Shown: piece after piece, positions 1 to 14,656 of the stretch
Layout: every line of letters begins with the position of its first letter
How positions within the stretch are numbered: position 1 is the first letter of the stretch
NCBI RefSeq assembly: GCF_000181795.1
Contig: NW_003526943.1
Coordinates: 2,241,666-2,305,665 of the forward strand
Direction: 5' to 3'
From: Trichinella spiralis
Taxonomy: Eukaryota
Length of the DNA: 64,000 bases
The notes under the pieces: generated by a model
Told to the model about the DNA's origin: nothing
Database searches by the model: none
Seen by the model: only the letters and a program-made list of their open reading frames with translations
Translations under genes and position numbers: made by a program

Positions 1-3000
1 ATGTCGACGTGCTTTTGATGGCATACTGCGGGCACTGGATGCTCAAGTTGGTCGGCCGCTGTTGATGACCGTCACTCAGACGTCCGGCAAGGAAACCGAT
101 GATCTCTTGGGGTAAGTGAAGTGGATGAGCATCAATCAAAGCTGTCTGTGGACGTTTTCTTTTCCCACTTCAGGGGTGAACGAAAGCCGAAAATTGATCT
201 GTTTCGCACTTGCGTGGCTGCGATTCCGCGCATCCTTCCCGAAGGTATGTCAAGGCACGATCTGGTCGAAATGTTGACCAGATTATCGTTGCACATGGAC
301 GAAGAGCTTCGCGCTTTGGCTTGTCAAGCGTTGCAAAATGTGATAGTCGAATGTTCCGATTGGCGACAAGATCTAATTTATGGTAATTTCAAAAAAGGAG
401 AATATATTATTATTAATCATTGATGAATTTGTCTTTTTTTAAGCATATTTGCAATTTTTTACCAAAGAAATTTCTGACGTTTGTTCCTCGTTGGTGGACA
501 GTTCGCTCAGGCTTTTGCTTCAACTGTTGTCTTGTTGGAAGAACGCGATTGTGCAAGCTATGGAAAGAAATGTGAGTTGTTTGGAAGCATGTGTGTTTTT
601 GAAAATTATGATTTTTTTTCTTTTTTCAAGGAATCTAAAGGAGCAGCAACAGCAGGAGGAGAAGAGGAAGAAGAAGAAGAAGATTCTGGACGTCCCAAGT
701 CCGGCATGTTCGTGCCGCCGGTATTGCGATCCGAAAGTAGCGCTTTGGCACTGCATTGTATAGAAGGGTTTGCGTTGACAATGCTTTGTCAGAATAGAAG
801 TTCGTCGCGCAAGTTGGCCATTACTATATTAAAAGAAGTGAAAAGCATGCTTCCGTTGCTTTGTTCTCAAGAAGTAAGTTTGGCAAAAAAATTATTATTA
901 TCAAATTTTTATTATATATATGTTTTTTTCTTAATTTTATTCTCTACTTAGGACTATGACATTCCTGTAATTGACGTGTTGGATTCAGCATGCTCGTACG
1001 TTGTGCAAAAATATGTGCAACATATAGGCGAGGCAGAGAAGGTAAAAATCAGTGAGATTAATCAATTCACACACACACGATTTGTTTGTTTGCAATGTGA
1101 AATGTCGTTGTTCTTGTTATTAGATGGTGTGGTTGTCAGCACCGCAGTTGGATTTTCTCTGGCTGTCAGAGAAGATTGCTTCGATTGAAACGAATTTTAA
1201 TTTGGTTAGCTTAGACAACGGCAATGAATATTTTCAATGGGATCCTTGGGCAGTGGCATTGAGCGGTTTCACCGAATCCCATTGTCTGCTTCAACAATGT
1301 CCGACTGCCGTTTCATACGCCTGGCCGGCGGTGCACATGCGTCTGAATTCAGTTTTTGTCTGGATCGATCCAAAGTTGGCATTATTTGTTGAAAATATAT
1401 TATTATTAAACGAAAATTTGTTGATTTTGAAAACGTTTTTCAGCAGTCCGCAAAATGATACACGGGCATCGTTGTTGCGAACCAGCAAAAGCAAAGCAAG
1501 CAACGTTAGCGCTTCTGAAACGCTTTCTTATTCCAATTATTTGGGCTTGTGGCAAAAGTATTTGGTCTTAGCTTGCGCCATAGCTCCCCCTTCGCAAAAC
1601 TATACATTCGTTCTGCGAAGTGTTTCTCCGGTTACTTTGCAATGGTAAATCACACGGCGAAAATGCGTATATTTATATTTTGACGCTACGCCAGCCACTA
1701 CATAGGCAGTTATTATTATTATTATTTTATATTTCAGCGATGCTGTTGAAAATCCAAAGACATCCGAGTTGAGGATACCTCGCGTCGCGAACGTGTCGGC
1801 AACCAATCTTTTCAGAATGGTTCTTCCACTGCTTCGATGCGACATGACTGATATACGTGATTCGGTGGTGCTTGGTTTGGGCAGTGTGAACCCGCATGCA
1901 TTTGAGTAAAGTCTTGTTTTTAACATTTTAATTTCATCTTAATTAAAAATCCAAAACAGCAGATGTCTTCTGGATGAGATGTCGCCGTGTTTGCGTGAAG
2001 CTTGTGAAAGAAAGCAAGAGAACGTCCGCCGCAAGAAGCGTCGAGACATTTTGCGATTGCAGTTGATTCGATTTTTTGAAATGGTCATTTTTCGAGGAAC
2101 CTTCAACGTCGTGTAAAATATTTTTCCTACCATTCTTATCTCTCTTTGCATGCGTGTAGTAGATTTTGTGAAGGGTTGTTTTTATGCTGCAGATCCATTG
2201 CTGATCCAAAATCCGGGGCGTTGAAAGGGTTTTTTCGCGATTTCATCGAGAACAGTCGTCATTATTTGGAAACGGACCAAGATCGAGACGGTCAAACGGC
2301 CCACGCATTGCACTTGCACTTTGCCAAAATGATTTCTTTGTTAATAAAAAGCTTCCCCAGTATGCAAAACGATTACCATTGATTTATTTGATAAAAGGGA
2401 AGAAGTGTGAATTATATTTTTGTTTTTGATAATTTTATTTTAGTCGACAAGCGAGCTAATTTACTGTCAAATGAGTTGCGCAAAAGTATGTTCTACTTGT
2501 TTGCGTCTTGGAGCGGACGATTGGGTCTGGTATTGGATAAAAGGTTTGTTGTTATTGTATCATGCGGCAAGGAATAATGCATTAAAAAAACAACAAAGAA
2601 ATGATGCATGTGAAAGGATTATAATTTTAGACATTTCCGTGACAAAGACTACCTTAGCAGTCAGGAGAATTTTGCAGTAATGGCCATGTGTGCCGTGTTG
2701 ACTTGTGGTCACGTGTTTGATGCGCAAGCAATCAGCGATGAAACTGGATATATATTCGGTTGGCTTGACGCGCTTGTCCAATCTCAAAATAAGAAAGTAC
2801 AATAATTTTGATATTATGTGCTTATTATTATTAATCTTTCTGTTCGTTAGATCAGCGAACTTAGCGAAGAGACTTTGATGCTGTTGTTGGAATTCAATTC
2901 CGATTCGACCAGTTTACTCGATTGGGTTATTGGCCATTGTTACACTTCACCGTCGCACGTTGCTGACAAGTGCTTTCGTGCGATCGCGTCCATATTTTTG

Positions 3001-6000
3001 GTCCGGTGAGCATTTTATCTTTTTTTTTAATTTTGTCGAAATTATGTAAAAATTATTGTTTTTTTTATTTCAGAGAATATCCTTGCGACTTTATTGCAAT
3101 GTTCAACTTGGCTTTGCTTTACATCGGCTATCCGGTGAACGAGATTCGTAGTTTGGCCATAGAGCTGATTCAAATGTTGGATCAGCATTTTTTCGACGAG
3201 AGCACTTTTCGATACAGTCAAGATGACAGTGAAACTTCTTCACTGCGGGCAAAGGAAACTCTGACAACATGCGAACAGAACAATGTTGCCGATGGTGTTG
3301 ATTACGGCTTTGCCAAACGTCAGCTGTCTTTGTCGCAGCAATTGTCCGATCTGCACCCTGAAATTTCAATGCCAATTTTTTCTGGTATTATTCATCTCAT
3401 TAACCGTTTTCATGTTAATTCGTTCATTTTTTGTAGAAATTTCCGTTCGAATGTTGACGGCAAAGCCGGCCAGACGTGCGTCGATGATGTACTATTTGGT
3501 ACCTTGGTTGCATAACGTGGAACTTGTGGATCCGTTTCTAGAACCCGCCGAACGGGCATTGACGTTGTCGCTTTCGGCAAAAATGTCCGAATCCCATGCG
3601 CTGTCGCGACGTATACTCAAAGGTGAAGGCTGGGGTTCGGTTCAGGCGACGGAAATGGTCCTCAACAACTTGCTTTACATAACTGTTAAAGTAATGAAAA
3701 TTCTAATAATTTGTTTTTGTATTTTTTGCGGTTTTTATTTTGCGCACACCTACCCTCTCGCTACCTCTCAGTGCAACCCCTCCCTCCCTATCTCATAAAA
3801 AAAGAAATATGAATGAAATGTTCGAATATTTTCTGTCAATGCATATAGTTTTCTTTTAATATTTAGTTTGGCAATGAACAACCGCATTTGATCGAATCAC
3901 TTTGGACAAGTCTTGTGATTTACTGGCCGCAAAATCTTCGAATTATTTTGCGTTATCTGGCAGTGATGGTAATTTTATCGCCGGACATTCTTCTTACCTA
4001 TGTGAGTCATTACAACTTTTCAATGTTATTCTTTGAAAATGATAATAATTTGATGATAAATTTGTTGAAAATGCCGTTCTTATTTGTGAAAGATGTTTAG
4101 AAATAAATTTCTTGAGTAGCTGCTCATTTTATAATAGGATCATCAATTCATCATTTGAGATAATGTTGAAGAATATTTGTTTGAATTTTTTTTTCGTGCT
4201 TCTAGTCCAAACGCATCGTGGTTTACTTGGCTCGTGTATGCCCAGAACGCATGGTAAATGCACTGATGGCGGAATTGGAAGTAAGTAATTGATGTGGTTG
4301 TGTAAAATAATCCAATTTTTGCCACGATTGCCATTTGTTTCTTTTGTTTTGTTCAATTTATATCTTAGACAGTGGATGTTTTTCGTCATCCCCTGGAACG
4401 TACCGAATGGGCGCCGTATTATCGTTGGGTACGACGTGAAGAGGAAGCAGCGACAGGAGAAGCGACTTCACCGTCGAATGATGGTGTCGCTGGTTGCTGT
4501 AATTCAGAACCAATGGCTTGTGATGCTTTGGACAGGTAATTCGATCTTAACATTACTTGGATGGTAGGTTATTTGTCATGTTCAAATTTATGTTGAAGCA
4601 AATTTGTCGAAGATGAAAATGTGCTTGATCCTTCGGGTTCGGTGTCCAGCTTGTTGACGTTGAAAGCTGAAGATTTCAATCCCGTTCGCAAGTTTAACAT
4701 TAACACTATCGGTAAGAGAAGGCGAGAGATGCATTTGATGAATATTCAGCTAATTTATAAGATTTTTTTTCTTGTGAAACTTCAGAGCGAGCTGATCGAA
4801 ATTACAAAGTACGTGAATATACCAATCCTTTCCAACTTCCAATGCCAGCTTACGGTGGTTATTATTGTCAACTGTGCGAATACTTGCCGGCCGTTGAACA
4901 GCCAGTTGCACTTTGTCACAGGTTGGTCAGCAAGTTGCCAAATTGTATGTACGTTGATCGCATTTATTCAATTTCAATATTTTAGATGTTTTGTTTCGGT
5001 TATGTTTTTAACGGATTTGGTGCTTGACGATGCGGAAATTGACTGGTCTGTTCATTTGCCTTTGATGTTGCACGTGTCTGTTTTGGGTGAGCAGTGTTAG
5101 CTTGAGCTTTGTTGAGAAGCCAGTTTTATTTTGCCGTTGCAATTTTGACACTTGCAGGACTCGATCACAACAGATCAATAGTAAATGACCACTGCAAACA
5201 GCTACTGGTAAATTTGACTGCCATTTACAGTAAAGGTTTCATATCTGGCTTGAATGTTACTCGGATGCTGAATACTCGTAGCGTTGGATCGTCGGTTTCT
5301 CTACTTTCCAAGCGATCCAGTGTTGAACACCATGCAAATTGTATGCTCTTTTCTTTTGTTCAGTTGTTGCTGTTGTTCTAATTTGTTGCTACGATTTGCT
5401 TTAAGATGGATCAGTTCACAGTAATGAAGCTGGTCCGTCGTCTTTGAACAGCTGGTCATTTTCGAACAGCATCAGCAGTGGAAGCTGCAGCAGCATCGTC
5501 GCCAGTGATTCTTCTCGAATTGTTGGCAGTTTTGGGGAAGTGAAGTTCAGGAAACCGTTGCAAGATTACAACAACGTGCCGGATTTGGCGATCGCCATTA
5601 CTACGTTTCTGTCTTCTAGGTTTGTCATTGTTATTTTCAACGGTCGGTCGATCAACAACGTACACAATTGAATAATCCTATCAAAAATTGATGTTTGCTT
5701 CTTCTTCTTCTTCTTCTTCTTTTTTTTACCGTATTTTCATATTTCTTCAGAGAAGGTACACCGCTGTGGCTTGGCGACGAGTCCAGATGCGCTCGTTCAG
5801 GTAGTCTGGATGTTCTGTCTAAGGTGATTTATTTTTTGGATCGACTGTTCTCAATGGCCATCCCGTCGGCCAGAATTGAAAGTAGATGGGCACAGACTGC
5901 CTTGCACATTGCCGTCTGTTGCCCCATTCGTCACTACGCTGGTCGGTCGTTTCAGGTTAGTCTAATTTTCATTTTAGCAGTCATAACCGAGTGAAATGAT

Positions 6001-9000
6001 TACTGGATTGTTTACTCGATGATAGTCGAACGTTTTGATTTCATTTATTCTGTTGCAGATATTACGCGCATTACGGGTTCCACTCTCGTCGAGGATGATC
6101 AACGACATTCTCTCCAGGCTAGTCGAAGTAATCTGTGAGCACAACGAAGATATGCGGGTATTTTTTTTATTTTTGAAAAATTTAATTATATTATTTAATT
6201 TAAAAATAATTCTAATTTTCTTTTGTTCACTCTCATCAGAGCTACGTTGCCGAGGTGATGTTGACGTTTCAGTCGAGCGTGCTTCACATGGAAGTTGCTG
6301 AACATTCGTTGGCAAATTTGTTCAAACCTGCATCGTTGCAAGAAAAATCAACGGACCTGAGCCGCCACTCGCCCAGTCACCAGCGCAGCACCAGCTGCTT
6401 CGTCGACGGCGTCAGTAAAATGACCATCAATGAAAGTAATTGTTCTTTGAGTGGGACATTTCAAAGCATTGTTTTGTTTGGTCATTGGATTTTTCTATGT
6501 TTTCAGATGAAGGTAAAAATGGAAAAGAGCCACAACCGTTGGGTAACAGCAGTATGGCGAGGTCGAAAAGCGCCCACGCGATCAATTCCGAAGCCCAAGA
6601 CGAACACTTGAACGCGTTGTCGCAGCTTCTATGGATAGCGGTTTCGTTGCTCGAATCAGACGTCGAGACTGAATTTGCGTTGGCTTTGAAGCTGCTGGAT
6701 CGTGTAAGTAATAAGCTGTTGCAGATTTTCAGGGCAAAAAGGAAAATTGCTATATCTTATTTTTTGAAAAAAGAATTTTTTTAAATTCAGCTGTTGGATC
6801 TGTCAGCTGTGGAAAGGCAGGATTGTTTTGATCGTTTGGCGAGAATGACAAATCAGTTGAATTGGTCTAATTTTCCCGGAGTTTTGGATTTAGTGCTAAA
6901 AGTGACTAATGATACCGGCAGAAAGATGAATTTTTGTTTTTTAATATGCAAATCTTTCTTGTTCAGGGATGCACTTTCAGCGGAACTTATGAAATTACTG
7001 TTGCTGTGGTGGTCAAGCTGATTCTTCTGCTCGACTGCAAAGTTGTAGATATGTCTGGAATTGGTATGTTCATTTTTTTATTGATCCTGTTTAATAATGA
7101 AATCATTTTTCTTTTGGTTCATGTGGCAGGTTTGGCAATGAGTGTTGTTGGTTTGCTTCCGTATGCGATTTTGCACTACGACGAACCGACAAAAGCAGCG
7201 ATTGACGCATGCGAAGCAGTGGCAAATGTAAATTTGAAATGTTGAAATTCAATTTTTGATCCGAATGTGTGTGTGTGTGTATGTCCATGAAAATTTGCCT
7301 TTTAGTGTTGCATCAAGCAGCTGAGTTCAACTGCTGCTGGCGAAACTTCTCAAAATCCAAGCGAACGACCATTGGAACATCTTGCGACAATAATGCGTCT
7401 TTACAAGAAGCGATCGTTCAGAAAAGAATGCTCCCAATGGACCAAATGCATTCTGAAATATCTCACCGACGAGTACGCTAATATTGAATTGGCGATTCTT
7501 ACTTTTCTCACTGAGGTAGATTGATTTTGTTTGTTTGTTTGTTGTCACAATGTTTTGTTCAGCCAAATGTTCTTGTATGCTGGCACAAATTGTCGAATAA
7601 TAATATATCATTTGCTTATGATAATTTTATTTTCATTTTGCTTGACAAAATTTGTTACACTGGTTACTCGCATATTTTTGTTTTGTAAGATGCTCGATCG
7701 TGGTTTGACAGCTCTTCATCCGGCCATTTTGCACATGATGAACTACGTATTCACTCGTTTGGAATTTACGAACGATTCATTGTGCTTCATCAACGGCTAC
7801 TTTTTGAAAGTGGTCTCCAAGCACGTACAAGGGCCTTTTTGGAAAGAAGCGTCGACAATATTGAATTTGGCCGTTTCCAGGTCGAGTTCTTTCAGCAAGC
7901 CGTCGACCACTACCGCTGGCTACTGTGTCGGCGGTGATTCGGAATTTGTGCGCAAAGAGTTGCCTGGTAAAAAGTGAAATAGCCAATCAAAGTTGCACTG
8001 TTCTTCCTATTGGTGAACAATTTTGCAGGGCGAACGATGGAATTTTGTGTCGATCTGTCACACGTTGATGCTCTGAAATCCGCTGCTAGCTCGTCGACAA
8101 CTCTGGACAGTGGTGGTGGTGGTGGCGATTGTACTCCTCGAAAATCGTTGTTGCCATCTGAATCAGCATGGAAAAAGCCACTTATTAATCAAGTGAAAAA
8201 AAATTTTTTTTCTGCGTTTGATCAATTTGCAGCAGCAGTTGTGTGAGATTTGAATTTGCAGGTGAAAGTTCGTGAACATTTGATAAGTTTGTTGAACGCG
8301 AGTGGCTTGCACGTCGGCTTGATTCGAAGTCCATCGGTGAGGGAGATGATGAAGAATATTTTTTAAATTTCCAATTCTAATTGAACCGTTGCTCCAATTT
8401 TGCTTTCAGATCATTTTCTCCCAGTCAAGTCACGACGTGGCTTGCGAGCAGATGTCGTCGGCTTATTCAAGCAGCGGCGAACTGACCGCCGTTGCTGACC
8501 ACGTCTCCACCGCTTCACCGGATGCCAATTCCAACGACCTCACCTCGGAAACTTATGCTCCAGTTTTCAAGGAATTCGATTTCCTCGACGGTGAAAGGGA
8601 TTCTCTGGTCAGTGTTTATTTATTTCTTCATTTTCCAAAATGACGTATATATAATCAATCATCATTTTACAATTTTCTATTCACCATTTTGCAGTCTGAA
8701 TCGGCTGAAAGTTGTTTCAACTGGCTTTCGACGTTGCGTCCGCAACAAATTCAAGATGACACGAGGAAATCGCCGGCGGCTGGTGACAAAGACAAAACTA
8801 CCCAAGCGGTTGGAGTTGAATTGTCGTCACTGAATTCGCCAAATTCTGAAAGCGATTTTTCAGACGAGGTATATGTAGTGAAGAAATAGTTGATTTTTTT
8901 TCTTTAGTCCGTTCTTTTATGAAAATATTAAATTGTTAAAATATGTTTTCTTTTAACACGTTTATGTTTTGTTCATATTCAGGAAAGCAACAGTAGTGTA

Positions 9001-10925
9001 GTTGAAGAGGAAGAAGATGAGGATGATGAAGAAGAAGATGATGATGATGATCAAGAGGACGATGAATTGGAGGAAGAAGATGATGATGAAGAAGGAGATA
9101 TTTGCACTGAATTGCCCGCGTCTGGTGATTTGGAGAATATTTTCTTCTCGGATGTCAGCTCGCCGGTGAATAAAATTGTCGAAGAATCAATCACCCCAAC
9201 ATCGTAAAAGAAAATCTTATTAATTATGATTAATGTTTATTCTGATTTTCTTTTAATAATGCCGTTTGCAGATCGAGCATATGCGAAAGTTTTGACCAGT
9301 CGGTTGTGATGGAACAGACGGACCGTCGTCAGGTACGTCTGGCTTTGAATATCGAATGTTCTCATCATTGCACTGGGCAGATTGAGGAGACGTGGAACCA
9401 GATATTTAGTCAAATTTTGATCAACAAATGTTTAGTGGTCCATGCGGAATTGGTTTTCACGCAACTTCTTCGGGTACGTACGCCAGGGCAGAATGTTCAA
9501 TTTGAATATGAAAATTCTTTTTGAAGATGAATTTTTATAATACAGTTTTCTGATATTTTATTATTTTCTTTTGTTTCAAGGAAATTGCTCACAAAATGAG
9601 TGGCCTGGTACGCGATGTTTGCCACTTTTTGTCCATGTCCGATTTGTTCCATGACACGGCTGTTGATTTTCTCGATTCAGTTGACATATTGATGAAAATT
9701 TCTGAATTTCCATTTTTATTCATCTCTGAAGCCGCAGTTCGTTTTGAAATCTTCTTTTGTTTAAATTTATTTATTGGTTAATGTTTGCTTTTCACTTAAT
9801 ATCGTTGAACCCTTTTTTATTAGATACAGAACGATGAAGCCTACAGGCGGCACAAATACTATTTGATGGAATTGAAAGGCCATTACGAAGCATTTCAAGA
9901 ACGTCGTGAACATACGATCAAAGTATTTAAATTTCTTTACAGAATATGAATGAATTTGTTTATTAATAATTTGTTCGTTTGTGTTGTATTTCAGGTATTG
10001 AACAGTGTCAAATCGGCGTTGAAATTGCAGCTATTAGGCACCAAATTGGAACACTCGACTGTTGAACAAGTATATCAAAATAAAAATAAAAAGAGGAGCT
10101 TAAAACAAGCAAATAATAATTATATTTATTTATACATATCTATCAGCTGTGCTATTTCTGTTCAGGAATTGCAGCTGTGTCGCAGTTTGCACAAGCTGTT
10201 GTTTCAAATTTTTCTGATTTGCGAATGCGTAGGAAAGATACACCGCTACGTATTGAGCTCGTTTGGCAAAGAGGTACGAACAGGGATGTATTTTTTTATT
10301 ATGAATTTTTTTTAACTAAAATCTGAAAATGTTCTATTTTTATTAAGATTGATTTAACAGAAAATTTGGTTGAACTGCATCGTCAATTGCTCTGCGCTGC
10401 CAATGATTTGTCCAATTGTTCTGAGCACAAGGTTTACTCAGACGCGTCGACCAATTGCTCCTATCAGAAATTGTCGCAACATTTGCATGCCAAAGAATTT
10501 AAAGAAGTTTTAGTTCAGCTGCGCAGTTTGAGGTTTCTCCCAGCAGTTTTTTTATTGGCCGCGTTTTTCACGTTTCAGTTTTTCCTCTTCTATTCCAGGG
10601 TGAACAATTGTCGCACCGAAATGGTCGGCTGCTGTGAGGAAGTGGATGTGGAAGTTCTACTGCTTATATATTGTCAAACTTTAGCTGAAAATCATTCCAG
10701 TTTGTTATTGATTATGATTATCATTTTTCATCTGTTCATGAACCATGCACACTTTGTACAATTTCAGATTTCTACGCCGTTATTGGGAACGAAACGTTGC
10801 TAGAAGAGGCGTGCAATCATCTCATGGAATTGAACATAACGCTTTCATCAAGGATACGATGGTTAGTTGATGCGACCAAAAAATCCACCAAAGATCTGTC
10901 CTCTCAGTATGATATTTTGGCCTGA
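1..10925 (+). CDS. fry: Furry / SAX-2 (FRY-like, MOR2-PAG1 family) scaffold protein; multi-exon, 5' end lies outside the window
   Basis: Exon translations include [86 protein letters not shown] and [12 protein letters not shown], which are characteristic of furry. Dozens of short GT-AG introns. The last exon reads to ...QYDILA-TGA (10923-10925) and AATAAA follows at ~10994. Internal exon boundaries are not fully resolved. Confidence 0.93.
8985..9100 (+). repeat. Low-complexity (GAA/GAT)n acidic D/E tract within a furry exon
   Basis: gaagaggaagaagatgaggatgatgaagaagaagatgatgatgatgat... encodes a poly-D/E run. Confidence 0.8.
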
Positions 10926-11720
10926 TTAATGATCATGTTTGATGAATTAGTTAAATATTTTCATTTCCAATGCGCACCGATTTATTTTATCACAATAAAT
11001 AAATATATATACATATGATGGGGAAACTTAACAAAATTAAAACACTTGAAATGCCATTTCAAACTATTTGTATCATCAAATCAGCGGAAAATAGTCAAGA
11101 GCAGTAGATTAATACTGATAAATCAGTCGCTAATGGCAATAGTGAAACAGAATGTCGATAAAACAACAATTAATAATCTTTGATGTTCACAATATTTGTT
11201 TCGTGGTTCATAACATTATTGTAACCAGCTAATCACGTTCTGCAATCAACAAATCATACAAGGAAAGCTCAGGTCGTCAGCCCAGCTCATCATTCATTTC
11301 AGACGTCCATGCTTCAACGGCCTGATGGTAATCTGCGTGCAATTATCAGCACTGTCATTTAAGATATGCATCACCACCAGATGCGTTTTATTTAATATTA
11401 CGTAATACTTAACTATCCATTTAGATACATTTAAAGACAACGAATATTTTAACATTTGCAATTTCATTAACCATTGCATCATACGATTTCAATCAAAGAA
11501 TTTCATTTTCTACATTCAAAAAAGATTACACATACAACAAAAGGTTGAAAACGATTACCGAAAATACTAAATAGAGGAAAACCTTAATGATGGCAAATAT
11601 GACAATTGCAAAATGAATGATTTCTTTTAATAATTAAAATTTACACATAAATGAATATACATAAATAAATATTTTCATATGGATTGTCAATATTTTAAGA
11701 TAAGTGACGGTATTTTATGA

Positions 11721-12588
11721 TCATCGCAGACCAAGAAGACCAACTCGGCAGTTAACAAAACAGTTTACGAAATCTTGAGATGCTGGTTCAGCATGTAGAT
11801 ATCCTCTAGTCATAGATTCTTGAGCTGCCTGCTGATAGGCTGCATACTGCTGCTGGCATTGTTCAGCACACAATTTTCCAGTTTCGGTTTTCAACTACAG
11901 TAAAATGAATGCAACAATAAATAGCTGTGTGAAAATCAACATAAAGTCATATCGTTATTGATGTATTTTATATAATTCTTATTTATATAAATCTGCAAAT
12001 AAATATTCTTGAACTTACCATATCGTCAAACACAGCAGCTGACACCCTGAAAAATGTTTCACACATTTTATACATGAAACGTCAAATAAATCAGCATTTT
12101 TCAGTAAGCAAATAAGTTCTGAACTTTCAAAACCATATTTATTTAGCTCGTGTTATTGATTTCTTCTAATATTACTCTTCAAAAGTGCACGTGCTATGCA
12201 TTATTTTATTACATTTGATGGATTACATAATGCAATAGTTAATTATGTTCAAAAAAATAAATGCACTGACAGAATTTGCATTTCAAGATATTATACATTG
12301 AAATTAATTTTCAAATGACACACTCTTTCATGAAATAAATTGTGATTAAAAAATTATGTATTTTGCTTTTCAATTTAGCATATGATATTTATTTTCATCG
12401 ATTTAATTAGCTGCTGCGATTTCTATGCCCATTATTTTATTCGACTCTTATAGCACTTATCATGCATGATTATTATATACTGTTTTTATTATGCTAATAG
12501 CAAATAGTGACAAATTTCACAGTAGAAATATGAGAATTATTACTTACGTGTAAAATGCAATAGCGAGAATGCACAGAAAGAATTTCAT
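11721..12588 (-). CDS. Small secreted twin-CX3C protein, 80 aa, 3 exons (12588-12548, 12046-12019, 11894-11721); absent from the ORF track
   Basis: Spliced by hand: ATG at 12588, GTAAGT donors, TTTTCAG and CTGTAG acceptors, 41+28+174=243 nt in frame to TGA. Protein MKFFLCILAIAFYTVSA-AVFDDMLKTETGKLCAEQCQQQYAAYQQAAQESMTRGYLHAEPASQDFVNCFVNCRVGLLGLR. The N-terminus looks like a signal peptide, and a TATA box lies upstream. Confidence 0.8.
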
Positions 12589-12631
12589 TTTGAAAAATTT
12601 GTTAGTGAATGATATTCTTGGTGTGGTTTAT

Positions 12632-12641
12632 CCTTTTATAG
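12632..12641 (-). promoter_or_regulatory. TATA box of the small secreted protein gene
   Basis: CTATAAAAGG on the minus strand, ~45 bp upstream of the ATG at 12588. Confidence 0.6.
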
Positions 12642-13559
12642 TAAAATCTCATAAAAAAGCATGTGGGCTGTGTTTTTGTAAATATTAACAAATCTGCAAC
12701 TGATTAAATACACTTTTGATGCAGGGGATGATTCCTGTAATCCGACATGAAAAATAAATATTTATTATTTCTTCAAATTAAATGCTACTTTTCAAGAATT
12801 GCAAATTTGCGCGCAATTATTCCAAGGTATTATAGCATGAATGATTATTCAATTATTGCAATTATAGTTATGACAGGCATGCATACACATATAAATATAC
12901 TGCTGTTTATTGGAATTTAGTTCTGAACGTTTGGTAAACAAATAACAATTTTTGTAAATACCATATTTTTCTGATATTTTCCCGAAAAGTCTGCTTAAAA
13001 ATCGTCATGTGGCAATTGATAATATTATAGTGCTACTTTGTTCTATAGAAATTAACATACTTGGAATTGAAATTAAAATACACTTTCAATGTAATAAATC
13101 AGTAAAAACTGGTATTGTGAATGGGGTGGAATTTTCAAATAATCACTGAAAAACTTTTCACCTCTTTACATGACAATTAAAGTTGAAATAAAATCTGAAA
13201 TTAATGAATGCATGAAGAATAATGCTGATCAGACCGTTTGGAGCTGTTTTTATTTTTGCTTTATTCGCTTTCATATGGTAAGCAGCATTGGACGAATTTC
13301 ATTATGCACTACTGTATTTACCTACTGATGGATTGTTCGCGCTATGTGCGCTTTTCGATTACTGGGTTACGTTACCCGGATTTTGAAAAGCGTGTGAAAA
13401 AGCTTGAATAATATCAGTTACATCTAAATTTTTTCAAAGAAACCACTGCAAATAATTTTATGTTGTTTTATCAAAAATTGATAAATTAAAATCATCATCT
13501 TTTTTCTACGTGCCACAAAATATGACAAAACCGCCTTTGCAGCAGTTATTTTATTTTTT

Positions 13560-14220
13560 TGACATGGCAAATTGATCATGTTAATCTTCTCCAATCACAT
13601 GGTAATTAGCACTGGAGATGTAGATTCCACATTTTGCTGACACAACTGCTAATTTTTCTGCCCTCTTTTCCTCCACACAACTAGCACCTTTTTCTTACAC
13701 TTTTTGTACTGTATAGAGATATATAAGCACACGTTGTGGAAGAAATGCATATCCCAGATTGTATTCTTAGGCCGCCTGTAAATAGTGTGCCGTGAAACAT
13801 TACAGCCAATCAAAACAAAATGCTTTTTATATGATTTACACTTTCACATTGTTGTACTGATATTTTGCTTGCTGTTATACTGGCTATTTCTTTTGGTGTT
13901 TCTGTCATCAGCTGCTTGTTTGTATTTTTTTATCTTTGCTTGATATTTGATGTTGCCAGTAGAAGATCGTTTCTGATGGAATGTGGAAAGAGTCTTCTAA
14001 GCAGCATTTTCAACAAACGTGCACTGAATCCGTCTCCTTACTCAGTGAGACATGCAATTGAACGTATGGAAATATAGACAACAGCAAAGCGGCTAAGAGC
14101 TGAGAAGAACGAAAATGAGATCGGCAAGGGAGGCGCGTTTTCTGACAGTAAAAGGGACGGAAAAGTCAGTACCTGTTGCATTACGTGTGAAACACCATGT
14201 TTCACTGATTCAACGTTTGT
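13560..14220. mobile_element. Decayed piggyBac (PGBD4-like) C-terminal relics
   Basis: Plus strand 13960-14077 reads RRSFLMECGKSLLSSIFNKRALNPSPYSVRHAIERM, similar to the piggyBac ORF at 38227-38931 (RRLFLIECGKNLVDIVLQKRAASPPQSLPYTVRKAIESM). A second, broken Cys-rich-domain-like relic (RKRC*LCGGKEGRKISSC) lies on the minus strand at ~13600-13705. Confidence 0.55.
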
Positions 14221-14656
14221 TATTCAATATGAATTTGCATAATAATATATGCGATGCAGTAACAGTGATTTCTTAAATTATCGATGAAAATGTAAAACTC
14301 ATTAATTACTAAAATTTATAAAATGTAAACTTTCATTATAAATGTTTCTGCATGCAGAAACTATTGCATAATGGAAGGCTGCCAACAGCAATGCGCGTTG
14401 CATGTTGAAATATTTACAATGTGAAAACAGGAGATTGCAATTAATTCACAAAGATAAAACAGCAGATTTATCTATTGCTAGTTATAAAACTTTGCTTTCA
14501 TCATTAGGTCATTTCATTTATAGATGATTTCATGTATGTAAAAATTTTAAAATAGAAATATTTCAAAACAATATTACTTACTCACGGACAACTTTAATGA
14601 AGACAAAATATAACAAATTGCAAAATGAATGATTTCTTTTAATAAATTAAAATTTA

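Noticed and set aside
4681..4790. GC-AG intron in furry (GCAAGT at ~4688)
   Set aside because: A canonical GTAAGA donor in the same phase exists at ~4712, so a non-canonical site is not required.
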